64,000 nt of DNA from Chrysomallon squamiferum (lineage: Eukaryota > Animalia > Mollusca), in NCBI GenBank assembly GCA_012295275.1, contig CM022670.1, forward strand, positions 4,836,001 to 4,900,000, written 5' to 3'. This document shows positions 55,066 through 64,000 of the stretch, in pieces. The notes beneath the pieces were generated by a model. The model worked only from the letters and a program-made list of their open reading frames with translations, had not been told where the DNA came from and searched no databases. How positions within the stretch are numbered: position 1 is the first letter of the stretch; the number at the start of each line of letters is the position of its first letter. Position numbers and translations under genes: made by a program.

Positions 55066-56961
55066 AAAATAAGATTTTGAGTGATAAATATTGAAATATT
55101 TTAATATTAAATCTGTAATGTACGTTTATGGACTGTCTTCTTAACTGTAAGTATACACAGGCACACACATACATTTATTAATAATAACAATCAATTTCTT
55201 TATTATTACTTTTTTATCTTGTAACAACTGAAAAATAAAAATAAGTTACAAATAAAAGAGACTTACTAAAGTAAAAACCTTAATTTTCGTGAGTTCAGAA
55301 AAATCTTTTCTTAGTTCTTTCTTACCTGTAAAATATCGAGCTCACTTAAAGTTAATAGGAAATATTAATATATACGTCTGATACAAAACTATGCTTACAT
55401 TTAAACTGATTACCAACACGACAGTGTTATTTAGAAACCTAGCACAAAGAAACGATGACGAGTGTTGGTGCTCCAAAATATATGTCAACAGAATCAATAA
55501 AGCAGATAATCAGAACGATCAAACCACATCACGGTTTAACCTAGTTACAAATTGACAAAAAATAGCACACCTGTCATAAATGCACTGTGAATTAATAGCT
55601 AAATAGTTTTCATAAAAATTAATAGACATTTTACCGATAATCTTGAAATTGGTTTTGGAAATTCTCACTGTTTTCAAATCGCTATGCCATTGAAGAGTGT
55701 ATATCGTCTGCGTTTTATTCTAGCACTGTGGCCATGTGCCAAAAACCAAAACAAACACCCCTATCTTACCATAACCATTTAGTCATCGGTACACTTACAT
55801 CAGCTGCATAATAAGGGGAAATACAGTTATTTTAAAATTCTCACAATACCTTTAATAATGTGATCTGCGAATAACTGATCTCGCTATTGTTTGACAAATT
55901 TTACAGGTCTGGACAAGAACTGCATTATGTAATCGAGACGGTAGTTACGGTAAATTTCAGTTGAAAAAAAATAACGAAAGAAAGCACAGAACATTAGTAC
56001 TTGGTTTGATTTTTATTATTATTTGGATAAAAATATAGCTTGTCCTTTTAACATTTCTACTGTCTAAACCAATATTTATTATTATTAATGTATTACTAAA
56101 AATTGCCAATATATAATATTTTTATTATTAATTTGTTATATTTTTCTGTTTATTTTGTAGTAGGAAGATAAAACATTAGTTGATCACCAATGATATATGC
56201 ATGCGTGTACAGTGTGTGACAATAGTTTAATACGTAGTTAAAATCTGACCACATTTCAGTTCCTATACTAATAGAAACAGAGCCATAGTAATAGTAATAA
56301 TAATAATATGCGCTACAAGCCGCTCCTATATAATTTGGAAGTGTCGTGCGTAATGACTAATTCAGATATCACGTTCCAAACACTGAAATTAAATATGTAG
56401 AAATTGTTAAAGAGAAACGATTAATAATTTACAAATAGAGGCGAATTGGTGCCCCATACATAATTACAGATGTTGTTTGTACTGGCGGTAGTTTACATAG
56501 GTAGATAAGTTTCCTATTATATTCACAAATCGTAATTGTTTGTGAATACCTGGTTCATTTATAATCTTGCTCTGCACCCTAATCATGAATACAAAGAATT
56601 ATAATTACGCATATTAAAGTTATATGCAAAATGAAATGCTGTGATAATGTACATGTGTGTGTATGCGTGTGTGTGTGCGTGTGTGTTTTAATGGTTATCA
56701 GCTCAGATGACTCAACTATTGAGAAGCATCATACAGCACAAGACTGTTCCTAATTCAAAGAATCTTTCTACCAGTGTTTTGTCCAGCGCGTGAAGAATGG
56801 CAGCAGAAAATAAAAGTTACCTGGAAAAAATATTGATAGAAAAAAATCGAACTAAATGGTATTTCCAAAATGTGTAGTTTATTAACTTCATTGTATATTA
56901 AAGCTCTTGTAAAAATGGTGTGTGTGTGTGTGTGTGTGTGTGTCTGTGTGTGTGTGTGTGT

Positions 56962-57185
56962 TGCCTCGGGAAACTGTTTTCCGCGGTGTTAAATAATAAA
57001 CTGAAGTTGTATCTTGAAACAAATAATATACTTTCTAAAGTTCAGGCACGATTTAGGAAGGATTACTGTACACTTTTTGTTGTTATTCCATAAAATTGAT
57101 TATAACCGAAGACATCATTCCTCGAACACATTTTTACATTATATGGATTCATTGAACTGAAGAAGGCAGGAAAGTAAAACATTTA
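56962..57185 (+). mobile_element. Truncated duplicate of the LINE RT fragment (end of unit B)
   Basis: Near-identical to 50705-50925. Followed by a ~45-bp local re-duplication (57197-57242 vs 57080-57125). Confidence 0.8.
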
Positions 57186-57243
57186 GAATTTTTTCATTGT
57201 TATCCCATAAAATTGATTACAACCGAAGACATCATTCCTCGAT

Positions 57244-57271
57244 CACGTGTCCGAAGTATAATAATAATAAC

Positions 57272-57317
<46 letters not shown>

Positions 57318-57520
57318 TGTATGGGTGTGGACATTTTCCCGCCCACCGTCAGTGGATTCAGAGTATAAAAAATTTGTTCGTGATTTGTGTTCCAGTGATT
57401 TGTGAATATTTCTGTTGCTTTTTTTGTTTTCTGTTGTTTTTTTTGTCACTCCGAATTAGACCGATGACGTCTGGTTAAAATAGAATCGACCGAATGGAAG
57501 TACTCTCAGAGTAGTCTCGA
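57244..57520 (+). promoter_or_regulatory. Putative promoter and first non-coding exon of the RRM gene
   Basis: CACGTG at 57244 and E2F-type TTTCCCGC at 57335-57342. CpG-rich stretch with donor CGA|GTAAGA at 57521. Confidence 0.5.
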
Positions 57521-57773
57521 GTAAGAATTATTGTTTTTTTGTTTTAGTTTTTAGATTTATTGTATGAACTGTGTCGACTTTTTAAATTTAATTATTGTTG
57601 AACATAAAATCGATTAATAATTATTGGTTTATATCAGGACTTTATGTTCTGTTGTAAGTTTTGTTTTATTTCAACTTTTTATTCTATTCATGTAATCGAA
57701 CAAATGGGTGTGCAGTGTCAGATTGATGCACGAGCAAATCGCAGAAATGTCATAATATGCAGTATAAACTTCA

Positions 57774-57815
<42 letters not shown>

Positions 57816-57915
57816 ACTTAATGCATTTTTCGAAGTTTAACTTGGATGATGTGAATAATATTTAAAAGATTAACAATAGAAACAGAAGAAATGTAGTAAC
57901 GGTGCCAAATTAATA

Positions 57916-57954
<39 letters not shown>

Positions 57955-59014
57955 ATTATGTATGTGCATAATACACGTATACAGATCATATATTTGCATG
58001 TAAATCCTGTTTTTCTTTATAACTGAACAGTTATGTCTGTCCTTCATAATAATGGCGTCCCCCAACCATTTTGTAAATACAAGATCTGCTCTGCATTTTT
58101 ATGCTTCATTACAGGGAATGTCATAATTTACTCAGATATTTATATTTTTACCATAAGAGTATAAAATACTAAAAGTAATGTGTTTCTTATTTCTAAAACA
58201 ACTTTATTGTAAGTAATCTAAGAAAATTGTAATAATTTTTGTTATTGTTTTTTCTGTCACTATTAGTTTTCATTATAACTTTGTAGGATGTTCAAAAACA
58301 TGAATAAAATAAATGCTTTAATAAATGCATTAATTTATATTTTCTCTCTATGCAACAAAACGAATTATGTATCAGAATATGCAGAAAGGGGAATAAGAAG
58401 AAAATTATCCAAAACATAAACACACAAACAGGTGAATTAAATTATGTGGTAGGCTTGATGATAAATGACACTGAAATAGTTTAAGAAATACTGAACAGTT
58501 AGATCACAGATATAAAATGGACTTTTTTTAATACTATACTGGTAACCATCTTTAGTTCGTAAAATTGAATTAACCACAAATAATAAGATTTGCAAAAGAG
58601 GCTGCCTCAGTAGAAACAAAAAATAATTATAACTGATAGAAGTACAGCTTAAATATTTGTTTAGAAACCATAATAACTGCATAGTTAAAATATATTCATA
58701 AAATGAAAATCATATTACTACTAAAAAAAACCAAGAAACAAAAAACAATGACAGTGCAAATAGCTAAGATAGTGTTGGAATGGTGTATGCAGAACAAAAC
58801 ACACATTTTAATATTTAGTTTATAACATTAATAGTTGCATTATGTGCATATTATTCCAGGGTACATGTAAAAACAGAATGCTGAGGTACAACAAGATGTA
58901 CCTTCACTTCCTGTGTAGCAGTAACTAGCACTGGTGAATCTTTTCCTTAAAAACTAGTAAACTTGAAGTTGTTCATCTTGGTCTTTTTCAGCTTCTTGAT
59001 CATCAGACATCATT

Positions 59015-60968
59015 ATGCCTGTAACAAGTACCAAAAGAAGTCATATGTTTTCTGTCTATGTTGGTCATCTGCCCAGGGACATTACAAAGGCAAAACATTT
59101 TATTCAGTTTTCTGAATTGGAAACAAATACAGAAGTTATTTTAAATATATAGATATAAAGTGATAGGTAACGGAATTGATAATTTGAATTATATTCTTGC
59201 AATGGTTTTCTTTAAAGGGTTTATATAAGATGTTATATTAATTAAGAGACTGATAACACCAAATCACCTGAAGAAGAGAAAGAAAAGAAACCAAACAATA
59301 ACAACACCAACAACAAATAAGAACAATAATTCTGCTAAAAACATTTATTATTATTTTTCTCAGTTCTTAGATTCATATATCCATTTGTTGTCTTTCAAAA
59401 TGTTTTCAGTTTAAGATAATTTATTGGTATTGTCTAAAACATTTTGGTCTTTCTAGACTGATCTGTACAAATTGTTCAATGAATGTGGAGAACCTTGTGA
59501 CATATTCATTGCAGAGCCTGAAGAACATAATACATACAACTATGGGTAAGTCTTAAACTGTACCATAGGCCTTAGACTGAGGAGTTCTCATACATCATAA
59601 AAAGTACACGAAGGTTTCTTTCAAAATTATGAACAAGACTGTATACTCACAAAAGGTGATGACATAGCAGTAATTAGCCACAAGCTGCAGATGATGGGAC
59701 AAACTAATTGTTACATAAATTTGTATTCTTTTAACTTTGTTACCAGTTTTAGCTCATAACAATGCATAGCAGTAAAATAATATATTTATGAAGATGCATG
59801 GGGATTGTTTTGGTCCGTTATGACTTAATTTTGTAAAATGATTCAGTCTATTTCTTTCTAATGTATTCAGTTTAAATTTTACTTTATTTTTAAACATTGT
59901 TTTCAGGTTTGTCAGATTTTCTAATCAAAAAGCATGTGTAAAGGCAGTGCAAGAATTCAATCAGTGGTCATTCCATGGAAATCGAATCATAGTTGATTTT
60001 GCTAATGATACTAAAACAAGAATTAAACCAGGTAGATTGTTATCCATTTCACTTTATTACTGTGTAAAACATTTAAAAAATATATATATCTATGAACCTA
60101 TAGATAATTCATCACCTGGTGAACCTGTTGTTAATTCATCATAGAGTGATCTTAAGGTTAATTCATCACCCTAAGAGATTTTATAGTTAATTCATTGCTC
60201 AGTGATCCTGAGTCAGTTCCTCACTCTGTGATCCTTTAGTTAATTCATCACTCCATGATCCTATAGCTAATTCATTGCTCAGTGAGCCTGCAGTAAATTC
60301 ATCACTAAAAGATCCTGTAGTTAATTCATTATCCTCACTGATCCTAGAGTTAAGTTAACAGACTCTTTCATTATAACTCAGTATTCATGGTGCAGTAAGG
60401 ATGAAAAATTTATAGTTATTTTTATAATTTAAAATGTTATATCTAACAGAAGTGGATATCAATGGTGACTCAAAGACAGAGGAGTGTCCTCCTTCAGCAA
60501 ATCCTCCAAAGGCACATTTCAGTGATTTGATGCGACTAGGCCATCTACAGGAAAGCTGTTTTGGAGCAGACTGCCTATTTAAAAATGGTGCTGGTAATTA
60601 ACTATGACAGTAGTATACTCATACAATTCTAGAGTAAGGGCTGTCCTAAGACGGAACGATAAATTTTTCTAACTATACCCTTTGAGTTGTTTCTTATTCT
60701 AACCAGTGTATCAGTAGCTATGACATGAGTTTTTACATTTATGTAAAGGATAATTTACTGCCTATATATAAGAATATTCATTAATTAGATGGCTGCGTGT
60801 GAACATTCACTGACTAAAGGTAGTCGCTTCTCTTACTTGGGATGTGAAATGTTGCAGTAATATTTTTTGAAGAGAATACGTCTTCATATTTCTGAACTCA
60901 GTAGCAACAAAACAAAATATTTATTTTTGATCTATACCTGGTAAGTCTGTGCATTTTGATCCATTGCA

Positions 60969-61006
<38 letters not shown>

Positions 61007-63199
61007 TTATATTAACTGGAGACCAATAATCTTCTTAATATTTTCTTTTGGATTTTAGATAGTAAAACTCAGGCAAAGAAGTTCTATCAGCTTCTGGATG
61101 ACATTTCTAAAGTGCAGACTGCATTTGTACATCCTTATGATGGGCAAATCTTTCAAGATGATGTTGATTTGAAAAGCCAGATGATTGTTATAAGGTATTT
61201 ATCAGGGATTGTTTTTTGATCCTGCTTATAATTATTAACCTCTTCAATTATTTTAAGAAATCTGCATGTACTCTATATATTTAGTAAGCAAAAGTTTTGT
61301 TTCTAATAACTGCTGGCATGACAAGCCTTTTGCACATATAATTAAATATCCAGATTATGATCAGACATAAATGACTGACAATTTTTGGTAAAGAGATCTT
61401 CAGTTTAGACAACATGTTTTTCAAAATGTTGCATGTTATTTAGTTTGAAGAGCTCTTTACCAAAAATTGTCAGTCATATTTTACTAATTGTGAGAAAAAT
61501 GACAATAAATGTACAACATATTCTAGATATCATTTGATATTACTTCTTCAGTGACATTTATCATTCTGCAGCGAAATAATATACCAAAGACTGTAAAATC
61601 TTTGTCTAAAAATATAAATACGTTTCATACAAATGGTTTGCAGTAACAATTTATTTTGTGTTTTCAAACAACTTTTTCTATTTCCCCACAATTAAAAGGC
61701 TTGTAACTACATGTTCTGATGAGAAAGGAATGAAATAATAATTCAAGTTTTCTTTTTGTGATGCTCATGAGTCAGAATTATCTTTTTACTGAAATCATGT
61801 TCTAAATAGTCTTCAAACATAATCCCACCTGGTTGGTATTGTAACTACAGCCTCTGTTTCTAATAATGTGTAGATATGCACTTTTCCAGGGTTACTGCTT
61901 CTTTTTCTTCATTTTGATGTACATGCAACAATAAAAGGCAAATATATTTTGGACCATCTGTTTTCATCATCACTGGTGAAGTAGACCATTAATGTAACTA
62001 ACTTTTTCATATACTTTTTCAGTGAAAACAGTAACAATAATAATTCTGGTGTCTCTTCTGAATTCTTCAATGCTCTGCAAGGCATTATGTCAACAATTAG
62101 TTCGATTGTTACATCTGAAAAAGAAAAAGCACATGTTCCGGATATTTTGAAAACTGAAAAAGAAACGTTTAATCAGGAAACAAACTGTTCTGTTGATATT
62201 TTGGGTTTTACAACAAACAGAACCCATGTGCCTGCTGCACCTTCTATTGCATCTACTGGCAAAGAATCCCTATTGAAAATTAAGCCAAAATTGATTTCTG
62301 AAGATGATCTATTGTCTGTGGAAAGTCTGGATGATAATAAAGGTGTTACATCTCTGAACATTAATACCAAGAACAATGAATCATCTTCAAGAAATGTTAT
62401 TAAATTGAAAACATCTTCACTTTTGGAAAGAACTCCTTCTGAACAACAACAGAATTCTTCCAGTTCTGTTGAAACATCTCCACAGAACATACTAACTTCC
62501 AAAATACAATTATTCAACAGCTGTGAAAACCTCACCTCAGAGCAGAAGAGCTTCACTTATTCTGATTCTCATAATGGAGATTCAGGTGTGGAATTTGATC
62601 ATGTACAGAGTTCACTGAAATCAGACATGACATGTTCCAGTGCTGATTTGTCAGCTGAAAAAACCCCAGCTCAGAAAATAGATTCACCAGCTTCATCTAC
62701 ATCTTCATCTTCATTAGAAAATAAAATCAGTGGCATTGATACATATCTTAGGGCAGGTGATTGCATGTTTCAAATATTAAGTTCAGTTTCTGTTGGAGAT
62801 CTGTGAAATGTAGGCTGTCAGGATTGGTTTATATTACACTTTTTTTGTTTTTTTTTTAAGTATAATGTATTGAATTATCCATAACAATTTTGCATTCAAG
62901 AGAGAAGAGTAACTGATGGGCCAGTTATTTGAAAATCATTACCCATTTACCATAAATTATATATGATTTATATTTTTATGCATAGTATACTGAGTCATAC
63001 ATAATTTTATATCCAACAAACAGATCTGATGGCAGGCTAATTCGTTTGTGTTTATAAATATTTATATTTTGGATGTTTATGTTCTGCCTTCAGAACACTA
63101 ATTTGATTATCATAATTTGTGTTCAGAATGTTAGAACTGTTTCTTTGTTTATACATTTCAGTTACAATTGGACGTGGAAAACGATTAAATATGCAGTGA
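59015..63199 (+). CDS. Uncharacterised single-RRM protein with long Ser-rich low-complexity C-terminus, ~446 aa
   Basis: Exons: 59015-59089 (GC donor), 59457-59545, 59907-60031, 60450-60593, 61059-61194, 62023-62756, 63162-63199 (1341 nt, in frame). RNP2 VYVGHL, RNP1 NYGFVRF, and helix-beta4 KAVQEFNQWSFHGNRIIVDFA. Confidence 0.85.
60093..60352 (+). repeat. Degenerate 27-bp minisatellite (~ATAGTTAATTCATCACTCAGTGATCCT, about 9 copies)
   Basis: GTTAATTCATCAC...GATCCT recurs every ~27 bp in an intron of the RRM gene. Confidence 0.85.
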
Positions 63200-64000
63200 T
63201 GTAAGTATAAATACTTAATCATGTGATTTCAAATGCACTATTATATTCTATTTAATAAATATATTAGATTTCATTTTCAGGAGAAAACATTCCCCTCTGA
63301 TTCTGGCAAATGTGATTTGACAAAAAAAAAAAAAAAAAAATGTTTTGGCTTTATATTTCATTTGATTGTGTGTCTGCTGAATTATTTGGTTTTCCCTTTA
63401 TAAATATAATGAATATACTTTGTTACCCAAATATAACATCAAAAATTATGCTTCTGGGTATCTTATATTCATATAATGTCTTCTTTGTCAACTAAACTTT
63501 GAGTAGTAGATAGGAAATTCTTCTTTGGCTATATTCTATGTTACATTGAGCAAAGCAGTTAATAATAAACATTTATAATTTCTTTTTTTCAGAAAACTCA
63601 TGGAAGAATTTGAGTGTTGCAGTTTTGTATGGTTGTTAGCCAATTTTCAAAGATCATCCAGTTTCAATTATGCAGTTCATATGGGTTTAAATTTTAAATG
63701 TTCTGTTCCATTTACAAATATAGAAACAGCTATGTTATTATTAATTTGTTGCATTTAAACTTTTGGTGCTATTGACATGTTATATTTGTTGCATTCTTCC
63801 AGTTTCTTCAGTTTTAAGTATAATTTAGTCATATTGCAGTAAAAATACTCCTTTTTCAGAAAAGGTAAAAAAAATCACTTTTTTAAAAAACAAATAGGCA
63901 TTTGTCTAGACTATATTTCATTTTGTTTCAGATTTGTTTTATTCAGTTTCTTTTTCAGTTTTGCTTTGATTAATACAAGAATCTTACCTTTAGCTTGAGA

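Larger units (their letters stand above)
43947..57190. repeat. Tandem segmental duplication: unit A 43947-51425, unit B 51426-~57190, each carrying one TRIM gene
   Basis: TGTCTGTTAAAGTAATCTAAATTTAC starts both units. The units are colinear and near-identical, apart from several large indels. Confidence 0.95.

Overview
AT-rich, microsatellite-rich, intron-containing animal genomic DNA, probably lophotrochozoan or molluscan (inference from gene content and repeat style). Most short ORFs in the track are low-complexity noise. Splicing by hand gives seven protein-coding genes: a perilipin (+, two alternative last exons), ALG8 (+), nocturnin (-), SUGT1 (+, head-to-head with nocturnin), two tandem single-coding-exon RING/B-box/coiled-coil TRIM paralogues (-), and an unnamed single-RRM protein (+). 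There are also candidate 5' exons of a minus-strand gene that leaves the window to the left. Highlights: (1) ALG8 has a rare AT-AG U12 intron, a GC-AG intron and a 1-nt frameshift in exon 1. (2) Nocturnin has a mitochondrial-presequence-like leader with a second Met, an overlapping uORF and a D-box. (3) The TRIM duplicates show clustered protein differences and swapped promoter motifs (TATA plus IRF-like site in A, Inr plus kB-like site in B). (4) A 22-bp minisatellite is built from the perilipin splice acceptor. (5) A young Tc1/mariner-type MITE and a decayed LINE are present. All coordinates and counts were read by eye; no database searches were run.
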